Shown piece by piece: positions 40,101 through 55,100 of a stretch of DNA of 64,000 nucleotides. The DNA is from Octopus vulgaris. Taxonomy: Eukaryota. The DNA is taken from the NCBI GenBank assembly GCA_951406725.2, contig OX597816.1, positions 91,822,001 to 91,886,000 of the forward strand. The letters run 5' to 3'. Numbering within the stretch: the first letter of the stretch is position 1; each line of letters opens with the position of its first letter. The notes under the pieces are model-generated. The model had not been told where the DNA came from, did no database searches, and worked only from the letters and a program-made list of their open reading frames with translations. The translations under genes and the position numbers were made by a program.

Positions 40101-43100
40101 CAATAAAAGGAAGTACCAGTGTATATAGTTTTAAAATTAGGGATGGATGAAAATGCCCATCATTTAAATACTGAATAAAAAAAGATACTCATTAACTTTT
40201 AACTTGCATTTTAAGTCTATTGTCAAAGCTTGCATTCATACTTAATTTTGAATCAAGAAGTGTTCACTGTTCAGTCCTAGACTGAGCACTTTAAAAAAAA
40301 GTTGAGTTTTGAAAGTAAGAAGTAGTGTAGTGTTGATTTATATTTTTGTTAACTAAAACAAATAAAAACTTGCATAATTACTGGTATATGATGTAATTTT
40401 TCCTCCAAATGTACTCAAAAAATTAATAATAGATGACATCCTACCTAATTCCTGTACACCAGCACCTACACATAATACGACATCCTGGTCTCTGTACATC
40501 GGCATATTCACATATAGATAGATACCATCTAGTGATGAAATATGATTAATCTGGTCAAATTGTGATTTATAAAAAAGGAAAGCAGAAAATGAGGTTAACA
40601 GCTCTGATATATAACAAATATGAATAGGTGAAATAAAAATGGTTTTTGAATTAGCTAAAAATCAAGTTTCTAATTACATATGCGATTTTCCAGGAATGAA
40701 TTACGGAAAGCATTATCAACTGCCCTTCATCGGACAAATTGTGGCAATAATAGAATATGGACACAGTATTGGTCTTCACACCAGCGTTTCTTTAAACAAC
40801 TTTGGTAAGTACATTATTACAAGCATTCTTTTAATTTATATATTATGGCTGTGAAGTTAATGTGGTGTGCTACAGAGCGTCTGGTCACAAAAGCTCAGAT
40901 GTTACTACTGCCAGTGTGTTTTAGTGTGCTTGACTAGAAAGATTAAATAAATAAATTTCTATTACTTATTGCTGAGTGGTGTTATTTTCAAAACAACTTC
41001 TTCAACAAATTAATAAAATAGTAAAATATTATTTACCCATGTCAACATGGAAAATGGATGTTAAATGATGATGATGATATGTATATGGCCTGATTTTTAT
41101 AATTGATAGGCCTGTCAGATACAAGACATGGTAAATGTGTGTGGCAACTTATGGTAACCCTAGAATGGTTACCAAAGGAATATTCTTTGTGTGGTTATAT
41201 TGATTTCAGACTGAATGTCAGTTTTTAATCTTTTCAGTATGGGAATGAAAGTTCCAACAATTATACAACATGCACAAGAGGCACTACAGCAAGGCCATTG
41301 TGTAGTAATAGGTCTTCAAACAACTGGTGAGGTAAGTTTCTAATTTTATTATTTATATTAAAAAAGAAAATACAACTTTAAAAAAAAAATTTCCAGTCTT
41401 CAAATTTAATAAATTTTTATTGCCTTTACAAATAATTTCTGTTGTTGGATATAGTATTTCCTGGCATATAATGTACACTTCAGTAATATAAGACCCATCA
41501 AGCAGTGCAAAATCACAGTTGTGTCAGATACCAGTGTCATATGCAAATGGCACCCATGCTGGTGTTACTTAAAAGCACCCATTACACTCTCAGAGTGGTT
41601 GGTGTTAGGAAAAGCATCCAGCCATAAAACCATTGGAGTTTGGTGCATTCCTTCAGCTTACCAACCCTGATCAAACCATCCAACTCATGCTAGCATGGAC
41701 AACGGCTGTTAAATGATAATGATGATGATTTAGGAAAAAATAAGTCTTAAAATCAAATTACAAAAGGTTTGGGTGATACTATAGGGCCTAGAAAAACATG
41801 GAGACTAATTTTTAGTATACATTTTTGGGAAAAACTGTTATATGCTAGAAAATATGCATGTTAATTTCCATTTCTTTTAGTTAAAAAGAAAAAAAGACAT
41901 TTGACACATTTTTTTAAAACTAAAATAAATGGAAATTAACATTCATATTTTCTAGCATATAACACAGTTTTCCCAAATTTAACTTTTAACTTTTGACTTT
42001 TAAAATTTAAATTCTTTCCTTTGAAGTATAATCTAGTATTGAACAAAACATGTTTGTTTATATTTTAAAAGCTAGTGTAAACTTTTAAATTCCTTTGTTT
42101 AAATGATTTATATCTTCATTTGCTCTTAATTTCAAAAGCCATAAACGTAATTTAAAGATGAAAATCAGTAAATTTGCAAAAGAAAGAAAACAATGAGCAG
42201 TAATTGCTGTTATTTCCTTTTATCTATTTCTTGTTTGCTTACACATCTTCCATTTATATATGTAAAACATATTCTTTGGGCAATATTTGTTCATCTTTAA
42301 TAAATTAGCTGGTATACAATTAATTAAATTTTACTGTTTTAATGAAATTTGAAAATTCTTCTTTGTTAATTTCTAGGCATCGTTGGAAAATGAACTTGGT
42401 CGAAATAAAGGTGTTACTGGTTTTGTTTCTTTATGCCGAGAAATACTGACACGGTTCATCAGAATTTACTTTCCTACTATGATTGAATGTGGAGTAAGTT
42501 TACTTATAGTACACATTTATTTTGTTTTGTTTAAATTTTATTCTTTTAACAAACTCATTATTATTTTTTGTGTCAACTTACCTCTTAATAATTTCTTGAT
42601 GTGATGAGGTGTCCAGAACATACCCTCAGAAAGTGAACATATGTGAATGTAGGGGACAGAATCAGGAAAGGTATGGGAAGAGAGTAGATAATTAGAAATG
42701 GCAGTAGAGGTGAATGTAGTGAAGGGTGAATGAGGGTGGGGGGTTGGTTGATTGTAAACATGAGTTGGGGTGAAAGTGATAAGAATGAGAGAAGGATGTA
42801 AATACAAGTGACTCATGAAAGAGGAGATGGTGCCTGGCAGTACATCCCATCTTTGTTGTTCAAATACTTGTTATTATTCACATTTAGCTCATTTTCAATC
42901 AATTTACACAAATTACCGAGGTCATTATTGTGTTCTAGTTTTTATCATATGTGTATCTTGTCTGCTAAAGATATCATAAGACAGTTGTAGTACTGAAATC
43001 CTTATTGAGGTAATCAGACAATCAGGCTGATTTTTTTCCTTAATGGTTTATCCATTTTGGAGAGATTCTGATTCTCGAGATTATCTTCCCATCTCACTTG

Positions 43101-46100
43101 GAATTGGTACCAAATGATTAGATAGTAGAGATAGTTAAATCAAATCAAGAATTTATCTTGTTATTTAATATGCCCTTATTTGTCTTTGCTGTTCAAAACT
43201 CATTGGTTACTCTGAGTTATTTCACTCAGCTCATTTGAGTTTCATGTATATGATATTATGAAGGGCATCCAGCTGCTGAAACCATGCCAAAGCTGACAGT
43301 GGAACCTCTTGCAGCTCTCTAGCTTGCCAGCTCTCTAGCTTGCCAGCTCTTGTCAAACCATCCTACCCATGCCAACATGGAAACAAATGTTAAATGATGA
43401 TGACAGTGCATATATTTATATTTTTAAGTTTATAATTATCAATAATATTAATATGCTTAGTTTTCTTTGTTTTTGTACATACTTGTGGTGTGTGTTATAC
43501 TTACTTGAAAGGAAGAGGTAAAAAGGTTGAAAGGAGAGGTACAAAGAAAAAGAGAAATAAAAGGTGTTAAGCAGAGGCGGTATACTTGGAGTGGCAATGT
43601 GGGAGAGAGGGGAGGGACAGAAACAGGAAGCATAGTTGAAGTGAGAGGCAAAGAAGAGGAAGTAAGAGGGAGAGAGAGAGAGAGGAGATTGATAGCACTG
43701 AGAGGTAAGAGAAATATAATGCAGGAGGACAGATAGAGGCAAGGAGACATAGAGGAGGGAGATGGGAGAGAGGGGGAATAGAGAGGTTTAGAGAGATTGA
43801 GTGAAGGAAGGGAGTGGATAGAGAATAATAATGAAAGACAATGGAACCATTCTTATACAAAAAATGCTGGAAACCTTTGTGTTTTTGACGATATATGATA
43901 AAGGCATTGAAAATATGGAAATTGCAAAAAGAAATGTGTCTATTTGTCTGTCTGCTTCTCTCTCTAACATACACTCTCTCTAACACACACACTCTCTAAC
44001 ATACTCTCTCTCTAACGCACTCTCTCTCTAACACACTCTCTCTCTAACACACACACTCTCTCTCCCTCTGTCTGTCTCTCAGCAAATAGCTGTGGATGTT
44101 ACTGTTACTTTTCTACAGCTGAAGGGAGAGGTAAAATGTTTATCAGTATTTTCAGAGTATACTGATGTATACATCAGAAGAAAAGTAGATACATAGATCA
44201 AAATAAAAGTAGATACACAGATACATACACACATTGGCATAAAAAAATATTTTGTGCAAACAAATCAAAAGAGCATAATTTAAAAAAACCTCTAAGCTGT
44301 GTTTCTGGCAGATGTTCGAGTACATTTGAAGCGGTGTCTGCAGTAAAATAAACATGCTGGCCATTTTCTAAGTGAACTTCTAAACCCAAAACAGCTGGTG
44401 AGCATTGATGTTGAGGGTGGGTTTGTATTCCAAACCTAACCTCAACTGTAAAGCACAATTATTTTAGCAAGTATAAGAGATAACTCCAGACATATTTTGA
44501 TCTTGTTAGATGTCCTCTGCAAAATAAGGAATTTATCATAAGTGTTGAAATAGTAAAGAATCACTAATGCATGCTAGTGTACATGAGTAGATGTGAAAAA
44601 TTAGCATAATTAAAAACAGCAATAAACCACTGAGGGCAATTAATGTGTGTTGTGTCTGTGTGCAAATCACTTAATTCTGTTTGCTGTAGATATTAATTCC
44701 CTCATTTTGTTAGTTTTATTATGTGTGTATCGACAATGGGCTTTTTCCACTATAGAGAAAATTAGCGAGTAGATTGAAACAAAGTTTATAGTTGAGATTT
44801 TAAAGCAACCTTTATTATTTGGAGGCAAAAAGTGAGTGAGCTGACAGAATCATTAGCATGTCAGACAAAATGCTTAGCAGCGTTTCTTTCGGCTTTTTAT
44901 GTTTAAATGCCAACAAGGCTGACTTTGCCTTTCATCCTTTTGGGGCTGATAAAATAAATATCAGTCAAATACTGGGGTTTATGTAATCAGCTTATCCCAC
45001 CCTCTAAAATTGCTGGCCTTATGCCTATAGTAAAACAAAACGAAACAAAACAAAAACATATTTGGCAGGAAAGAAATTTGAAGTGCCGTTATATAAGAAG
45101 GCTTATTTTATGTTTCATAAGGATATTATTTATATAGATATGATATTGTCTAATTCATTTTATTTTTTTTTATTTTCTACAGATGAATGAAGAAAGACGT
45201 GAAGATGAATGGTGTAAAGAGGCTAAATCTATGTTATTGAAATATGCTAGTGAAATAGAGTTACCAGACAGGTATAACAATTTAAAACAAGATGTTTTTT
45301 CATTTCATTGAAGATAAAAATTTTTAAATGTCTACCCAATTGCTTTTCTTACCTTTTTTGACATGAAAAAAAATGTATTTCAGAGTTTAGTTATAAATTT
45401 ATAATTCTTTTAACTTTCTTTTTATGTCAAATATTGTCTCAAAATAAAATTTCAGTAGTTGTTAGTTTTGTATATAATTATACAGCTTATTTGCAATTAA
45501 TGAAGTTGAAATATATCCTCTTCATTATTGTGTGTTGGAAGAATATAAGAGTCTTAGTTAGTGAATAAAAAATTCATGTTCTTAGTTGTGTGTGTAAGGG
45601 AATGGGTTACTGAGTGAAATTCTATTTGTGTATGTTTGCCAGATAAAAGAATATTTCCTCCCACTTTCATTTTGATTAAAGTATTAGTACTAAGAGACTA
45701 TTTGGTTGTCAAATAATGAATTTATGTGAGCAAACTATCCAGACAAAGTTAGGCAAAGACAGAACGTAACAGTAGTAGAGAAATACCAATCTGAAAGTTG
45801 TACTTTTAATTGACCTGTCTCTGAAAATCATTTCATTATCTTGTAAATAATTCAGGAATGGAGGAAGCTCATATGCATCAGTACTGAAAATTATAAGAGA
45901 ATTGTTCATTTAAAGCTTTTGAAAAAGTTCTATTGATGTGCTAAGCTCATAAGAAACACTGATATTCAGTGAATAAAAAATAGTAAATTATAAAAAAATT
46001 TTTATTGTGTCTGGGGAGAGTCATTTTCTTTTTGTGACACACTCACCGGTAAAATTTCCACGTTTTTCTTATTTTTATTTTCCTAAAATTTTTGTTGCGA

Positions 46101-49100
46101 CTAAAACTATTAAAAAGGTTGCAAGACAACGAAAAATTTAGGAAAATAAAAATAAGAAAAACGTGGAAATTTTACCGGTGAGTGTGTTACATAATAAGGC
46201 ACAAAAAGAAAATGACTTTCCCCAGACACAATAGAATATGCTTCAACACATGAACTCATAAAGAATCTTGCAAACCAAACCCAAAAACGAAATATGAAAA
46301 AAATATTTTATATTGGCTTTGTTGCATATTTGCACAAAACATGTTTAAAATAGTAAACTCTTTCGTACAGTTCAGTCAAAGGAAAAATTTATCTAAATCC
46401 AAGTTTTATAGTTTTATCATTAGTATATATATTTATATATATTATAATTATTTCTTACAGCCCTTTGGATAGCATTATTGACCTACTTGGTGGCCCAGAG
46501 GCCGTTGCTGAAATGACAGGAAGACGTGGTCGAGTAGTAAGGAGCAATGATACAGGATGTCCTCGTTATGAGCTTCGTGATAGTCTCTCATCAGGTTCCA
46601 GTTCAGAATTAGAAAGTTTGAATGTGAATGAGGTAAGTATTCTGTGATAACTTCTACATTGATGTATGTTGCTGAATTAATTTTGGTCCTGTAAATGGTT
46701 GGATGGAAAATAAAAAAAGAAAAAAAAAATGAGAAGCATGAAATACCATATATATACCTTCTTTTTTAGACCACAATCTTATATATTTGGTTCTTGAAAT
46801 GCAAAGATAGTGGTGAGAACTTTATAGTCTACTAGATCTGACAATATGGTTGACTTAAATTCAAAATGCTCTAAAACTTAGGAAATTATAATTTTAATTA
46901 ATAAGTTCAATCACTCCTACTAATACTGCAAATCCCATTGGCTGTGGACATTAAAAAAAATACACACCTCAAGCTAATCAAAATCCGTCAGTGTCCTGTA
47001 AACTCACCTATACACACCATGAACACTTTCTTGCAAAGCTGTTTCTCAACTTAGCAAATTTGTTTATCCCTCTTTCTTACACCCAAAATAATTTCTAATT
47101 ACTACTACTACAGCACTAGATTAATAAATTATGTTAACTCAGCAAGGGAGCCTTTATGTAATAACTCGATCAGTTAGAAACAGCAGCCAAATCACCCTCA
47201 GATTACATAGTACTATCTTAGAAAAGACATGCTGGATCATGGTGTTTTGAGTCCCCTGCAAATGAGAAAAAGACAGTATGGTTGCATTTGGAATGCTTTG
47301 ATCAGATCACTGCTTGATCTAGGTTGATTTGGGATTAAATAAGGACAACATTATTTGTTAACCATTTAGAAATTACTCATAGAGTAACAAAGCCTTTTGT
47401 CATAAACCATTTTACATATGATATTCATTAAAATCACATATTTTCATTAAAATTCATAAAAATTGCTTACAGACTCCTCTTATTTCTTAGACCTTAATAC
47501 TCAATGTCTCACTTTTTACAAATTCTAAGGGTTAGCTATCTCAGTCATTGTTATGCTATATCATTGTTCAATTCAACAATACAGCGTCTTAGAAACTTGG
47601 ATAATGAAACTGATGTGATGTATCCTGACTGTCACATTGAGGTTATTTCTATACAAGAGCATGCTGAAACAGACATATCAGGAACCATAGATATATCCAG
47701 TGGAGATTTGTCATCTTGTGGTTAAGATGTTTACTTTACAAATCATAAAGTCATGGATCCTATTTCTGGACAATGTATTTTATTTCTAATTGGCTCTAGT
47801 CTACTCAGTTGAAATGAGTTTTAACTGAGTGCTTGTGCAGTCTTCTCTCCAGCTGTCATATTCTAAATGCTCTGCTGGTCAAGGGTGGGAGGGACAAGAG
47901 GATGTCTGTGTGACAGCCATAGACAAATACATGTGTTGCTCCTTAACATTTTTATTGGTAATATTTTATTGCACATTTGTTTTAGCAGAACTAACTAAAA
48001 TATGTAACTGTTACAATAACTTGTTGTAGAAGCTTATTTACAATAAAAAGCAGTGGGGATTTATTATTATTTATTAAATCTCAATTTTGCATGAAGTTAA
48101 AAATTTTGAGGTGAAATGATTTGATTACTCAACTGTTCTTTCAGCGGAATAATTTCATGGATGGAAGAAAGTTAGTTGCAATTATTTCTGATGCTGCAAG
48201 CACAGGTGAGAAATTGTTTCTATTCTATGAGAGAAATATTGAAACTCTTTGAATATTTTGTAACTTGGGATGTTTGCTGTTCACTTTGATATTTAGCTGT
48301 TAGATATTTAGTTGTTATGTATTTAAGCCTTTAGCATTTAAACCAGCTATGTCCGGCTCAAGTATTCTACCTGACCAGATCTGGCTTCTTGCATCTATCC
48401 TACAATGTCATTCTAATAATAAACAATCACATAATCAAAATCTTGACACTGTGAGATAATGCATGACTAATTCAAAACAAAGTGAATAAATAAGCATTAC
48501 ATTTGAGAGAGTGATCTGAATGCTGAAAGGTTAAGCCTTCTATATTATGTAATGTGTGGAATAATTCTAATCGAGCTTTATATATATATTGTTGGATAAA
48601 GTGTCTGAGCTATTGTAAGCATGGATAAACAAATATTTAAACAATGATATTGGTGAATAATTTTGGTCTGTCTCTATCACTTTTCACCAAGCTCTGTGTT
48701 GTTTGATTTAGTATATTTTATTATTAACTTTTTATACTTTATTTGCTATTGTGGAGGAAATTTTATTTTTACAGGAATATCATTACATGCTGATGTGAGA
48801 GCACCCAATCAACGGCGCCGGCATCATTTGACCATAGAATTACCCTGGAGTGCCGACAAAGCTGTACAACAACTGGGTCGTTCTCATCGTTCTAATCAGT
48901 CAAGGTAAGTAGCTAAGACTCTACATCTTGTTTGGTACTAAAAAAAAGAAAATGTAGCATTTGTTTGTTTTCTATTTCATGGCTCTTTACTATGTCAAAG
49001 CTATACTGTCGCAACAATTAAATGAGCTATGTAATAGCTCGATTAATTATTACTACAGTATATCTTTGGTACAGTTACCTTTGTCAACTAGTTATTGTAC

Positions 49101-52100
49101 CTTAGTGAAGTAATTATATATTATCTGGTCTACAAGGGAATTCCAGTCCTGCTTGAATTAGCAGCCAAAAATCCCTCAGATCACACACTACTATCTCAAA
49201 TATGGAAAGACACATCAGATAACTCTATAAAGCTTTTCATCATATGTTGGCTCAGTTTTCCTAACATCTTTCCTATCATAGGTATATTAAATGGTTCAGC
49301 TAACTTTTACCTAATTAGCCATATCATCTAATTCAAAGTTTTTTAAATGCTTTTCACTGGTTCCTTTGAGATTCCTGTCTTTCATTAGCTGGTGATTTAT
49401 TATATATAATGTAGTCGCTATTCTATTCAAGAGCGCACAAAGATTGTTATATTCACTTTTTGTTCCGTGTTTTTTAGGTGTTGAAAATACATCTCTGAGT
49501 TAGTCACTGATACCTTTCCCTGCAACCCAGTCTAATTTATTTCATTGATTTTCACTCGTTTATGGATAAGGTGTCTTCCTTATTAAAATCTTCACTGAAG
49601 GAACACTTATATTATGCTTTCCATTTATTGAAGTATACATCTTTAGAAATTTTATATCTGTAAAGATTTCAGCACTTTGTAAACCAATTTGTACATTTAA
49701 CATTAATTTCAGTGGTCCCCTCTATAAACTGGTAACCACAAACCTGGGTGGTGAAAGGCGTTTTGCTGCTGCTGTTGCACGTCGATTACAGTCTTTGGGT
49801 AAATTTTATTCTTACTTATCCATTTCTGTTGAGTTTCACATTTTGTTTGCTTTTAATTTAAAGAGTTGTTTATTTGGGAAATAACATGTCATCATGTAAG
49901 TTATACGTGTATTTATTGATACTTGCTAATTTATATTTAATAATTAAATGAATTGGCCTTCCTATTCAGAGTAAGAGGGAAAAGAATATTTAATGAAAAT
50001 AGGGTGCCCATAAAATTCAAGTAATAAATTATACGTATATTTATTAACAGTTTCTAATTTATATTTAATAGTTAAATGAATTGGAATTCCTATCCAGAGT
50101 CAGAGTGAAACAAATATTTAATGAAAATAGGTTGCCCATAAAATTCAAATAATAAATTGTCTGATAATCAAACTAGAATTAAATCATCATTTTATTTTAC
50201 ACTTGCTTTCCATGCTGGCATGGGTTGAACCAATATAAATTGGTTCAGTTATGGTAGTAAAATTGTGATTTAGAAAAGTGTTCATAATAGAAGAGCAGGA
50301 TATTTTTCGGTGCCACAAATAAATAGATTTATTTTGAGACTGGGTATCTTTTCCCTAAACTGTATGCGTTGAATAGCATATGGCGTAGTGGTTATGCAAC
50401 TGGACTCTCAATAGGTTTGATTCCCTTTGTTGGGAGGTGTGTTGTATCTTTGGACAAAATACTTTATTTAATGTTGCTCTAGTCCACTCAGCTAGCAAAA
50501 GAGTATTAAGGCTACAAGAGCACCTGGTCAGCATCAAATTAGTATGGCAGTGTTAATGAGTTACTAGTATAACCAAAAACTTTAGGCATGAAAGAAGGGT
50601 CTGTCCAGCAGTGTACTGCTATAATCTATGTCTACAGCTTAGTTGTATATTCAGGAAAATGTATTTTTAAAACAAAATATTTTTATTTGGTTTTAATAGG
50701 TGCTTTGACTAAAGGTGATCGACGAGCTGCAACAGGTGCAGATCTCACTGAATTCAATTTTGATACTCCATATGGACGTAGTGCTCTGAGAGTTATGTAT
50801 CAGTATACATGTATGGTGAGTAAGGAGTTAAAATATCTTAGTTCTCTTCTGTTTATTGTTTTGTAATTAATGATTATTAAATGTATGTTTTTTTTCTGTC
50901 TCATTTTTTAATACTGTTTAATAAAATTATTTTTAAGATTATTTAAAACTTATTTTTGCAGTCTGAATTGGTTCCTGGTATAGCTTTTAATTCTGTCAAG
51001 CAAAACGTGGACACAATTGACAACTTTCATAAAATTTTGCAGGTTTGATAATTTTTTTCATTTATAATTTAACATTAATAGTTCTTATAGTTCAGCTACT
51101 AAAGAAACTATGTATAATACAAAATAAACTTTAAGTTAGTTTTATAGTCATGTTGGAGAAATAATAAAAGTAGATCTGAAATACTCTGTGATTTTAATCT
51201 ACTTTCTAAACAAACATTTCAGAATTTATATAGTCAAAGCATATTATATAATCTTATATAATCTCTGTGTAACATTTTTTAGAATGATGGATATGAATAC
51301 CTAATTCTTGGATAGTACTTCTTTTTTTTTCTTTAACCTGTTGGGTTTGGAAGAATAGGTGGCACCCATGGCCTTTGAAACTAGTGAAATAAATGCCATT
51401 AATGTTCTCTTGAAATTTTTGCAAGCCAACATTTATGAGAAAAACATTGGCTAAGAGAAGATTCTAAAAAGCTGATATTCTGGGCTGGAAGGATGACAAG
51501 ATTTAATGGTTAGTGTGGGGCCTGGGTGGATGGATATGAGGGTGATGAGAGGAGGAGAGATGGATGGGTCGGAAGTGCCAGAATGGAGGAGGCACATGAT
51601 CAGCCAATTCTGAGGAATAGAGACTATTATAGTAGCAGTAAAAAATACAGAGAGGCAAAAAGAGGAGACTGTACACCTGCGACCAGAAACTAGAGCATGT
51701 CTCAAAGTGATTTTATGTCAAACAATTGTACAACCTTTCTCTGGATGTTCTCTAGGATGTCTGTGTAAGTATAGCAGCAGCAGCAGCACTGTTCAAGATG
51801 TGGGAGCAATACTTCATTTGTGGGCCTCGCTTGAGCTTTGTAGAGTGTCAGTAATTGTAGAGACTGAAATATTCCACACTCCAAAAGAGAAGGGCCAGTC
51901 CTTGGGATGCAATTCTAGTTATTGTAATTTATTTACTGGAAAGTGTGTATTGGGCACAGTGATTTATCAAAATGTCGTAGTTTTGGAAGCATCGAAACGT
52001 TTTAAATAAAAAGGTTGGAAATGAGAAACTGATTATAGTTACTATAATAGTTGGAATTGGGTTAAAGATTATTATTATAATGATGGAAATAATATATTAA

Positions 52101-55100
52101 ATTTGGTGTTCATTTCCTATTTAAATAAAGACAACTTTATCTTAAGTCTTTCTAAATATCACCAGATATTTTGTTTATTTAACTGTGGCACAAATAAAAT
52201 TTCAGTTTCAAATTGTGATATGATCTGTTTTTTCTGCTTTGGAATTCGACAAACTAGTTAAAATTGATGAATGAAAGAATATTTATAATAAACTAGCAGT
52301 ATCGCCCGGCGTTGCTCGGGTTTGTAAGGGAAATAACTATATAAGCATTTTTAGAGATGTAAAGTATAATAGCCATCTCAATATGGCTAACCACAAAGGG
52401 GTGTTACTGTAGCTTTTTACGTTCTGAGATTTAATAATACATTTTTGAGAGTTACTTCCCTTATATAATAGCAAAAAAATGCATTAAAAATGGGAAAAAA
52501 TAATTGTAAATTTTTTTAAAATCGTAGACTCATCGTAGACGTGCACTAATACCCAGAAGGGCTTGATATGAATCACGACTGTAAGATAACCGCTTTTGGT
52601 TACACTGCACCGCAAAATGTGGGAGTAGTTAGGAATCTAAATCGTAGGAGACAGACACACAACTTCACTTTTATATATAAAGATTTGGCATTAATCCTTT
52701 TGATACCAACCCAGCTGAAACCACCTCTGACTGTAGTACAAATGTCTTGTTTTCACCAAACCTTAGTCACAATTTATGTTTCTAACACTAGTTTAATAAA
52801 ACCAAGTTATTTTGCTAAATTCTTTGTTATATTTAAAATTAATTGAAAGAAATATGGAGCATCTCAACAGAAATATGATAACAAAAGGGTTAATTGTGCC
52901 TATTTGCTATTCTTGGCAATGATTTCTGAATTTATAGTTGTTTATAGTTAATTTCTGAATAAATGTTTTCTTTTTAATTCTGATACTATGTTGAAACTAA
53001 ATATCTTTTCTTCATTTCTATACTAGGATTGTTTAATTTTGATGGGGATTGTTGATATGGATCCAGTTAAATTTACTGTCCAGGTTAAGAAAGAAGATTT
53101 AGGCAATGTTGGTAAATTTCTCAACCGTATCCTTGGTCTTCCTGTGATGAAACAAAACCTGGTAATTGTTGCTTTATTTTTAAATGTAACATTTTTTGTT
53201 GTTTTTATAAAAATGTATTTGAAGTAACTTCTCAAACTTGACAGTCTTCACTAATTTTATTTTCATAAATATTTGAAAGGAAGAAGAAATATCAGAGTAA
53301 TTATATTGTTCTTTGATGACATTGATGATCTCAAAAACAATATTTAGCAGTTTAAATGATAATGGCATTATGTTTTAACTAAAGAACAGCTGTAGTATCC
53401 ATTAATAATAAACCTTGGAACATTGATAAACAGCTTACATACTTCTATAAGTTCTAAATGTAAATTATTTAGGAGTCCTTCATGACTTGTGCTGTAATTG
53501 GAAAAAGATTGAAATCTTTTCAGTTATAGTAGTGAAACATATTATTTTAGTTCTTCATTCTGTGGCATTCCTTTTGTATATTTTTGAAATTTTAACCCTC
53601 TGCCTGTCCAAAGCATTTTCATTAGTTTGTCCTAAATGTCCATACTTGTTTTCAGATTTTTAGTTAGCCTTTGTTTCATACATTCTAAGTAATATAAAGC
53701 TTTCCTTTCATAACTCCCAAGCTAATCTATTGGTTGAAAAAATTGGACATGTGTGTCATGTATGATGCATGGATGTCAGGGAAGTATGTCCTCTGTATTA
53801 TATGTGATACACTGGACCGGCAAACGGTTAAACTAAAGCAATATACCTTGCTTATTGGAACAGTGCTATGTTTGAAGATCAGTTATTGCCCCAGTTTGAG
53901 AAAAGGAATTGAGTTGTATCTTCTTTATAAGTTCTCTTGTTTTTTTTTGTTTATCACAGATTTTCAACTATTTTATTCAATGCCTGGATATAACAATACA
54001 GAATGCTAAGAGAGAAGGAAAGTAAGTTCATTTTTAATTTTGTGCAATGCTGTAAAATTAAATAATTAATTCAAAATTGACTATTTTATAAAATAATTTT
54101 GAGATGAGAGACTCTAAAAGTAGTTAAAAGAATAAAAGTTCATCTATTTTGTTTTCTCTTGAACTTTCTTAACTTTCTATTAATGTAGTTACAATGTGGC
54201 TTTCGCTAAAGCATTTTGGCATTATTTTTTTATTGTTTGATTATTAAAACCATTACCTGAACTCTATATTTTTATGGGCTTTGTCTTGTTTATTGTGTTC
54301 AGTAAGATTAAAAGGTTATTACTAGCAATCTTTGTAAAGTTATAAATCAGATCTGAAGTTTTCTGGAATCAAATGAACATGTAGCTCTTTTCTCATGTAA
54401 GTAGGCCTGTTAAAGGTTTATAATCAAGAGTTAATGTTAGATTTACATTACGATTATGATGATAATAGGACTCAGACCATTTACTAGAGTCAAATTTATT
54501 ATATGTATTGAGATGACTAGTGGCAGCTGATTGAAGCAGAACTTCCAATCTGCCCAATTATGTTATAATTATTAACTTTTTGTTCTGGTTATCTGAAGGA
54601 GTTGGAGCTTTGCTTATTGCAATTTCAGACCCTCTTCAATTGGATATTTAGACACACATATGGAAAATGTTTAGTAAACATTTTGAAGTTAGTTCATTGA
54701 AAGAAACAAAAAAATATAGGCACAAGTAAATATTTTTAGGGGAATGTAATTTTGAGTTCTGTATTGTTCACTTAGGAATGTTTGATTTGAAAAGATTATA
54801 GTAATGTTGATAGGCTGAAGTAACGGTGAGCAGGTCGTTAAATTACAGGAGAAATTGTTGAAGTAAGATGACATATGAGACAAATAACAGCTGGTGTGAA
54901 AGCCAAATATTTGTTAGCTAATGTTATGTCCCTTTTATTAGAACATTAAGGGATAACCTTACGTAGTATGGGGGAAAATATCAACATTATTTGAAAACAA
55001 ATATAAAAAATAGAATGATTAAAAAAATTATGGCTGATGATTTATATAGGACAGTACATTATGCCCATTTAAAGATGTTTGTTTTTATTGCATGGGTATG

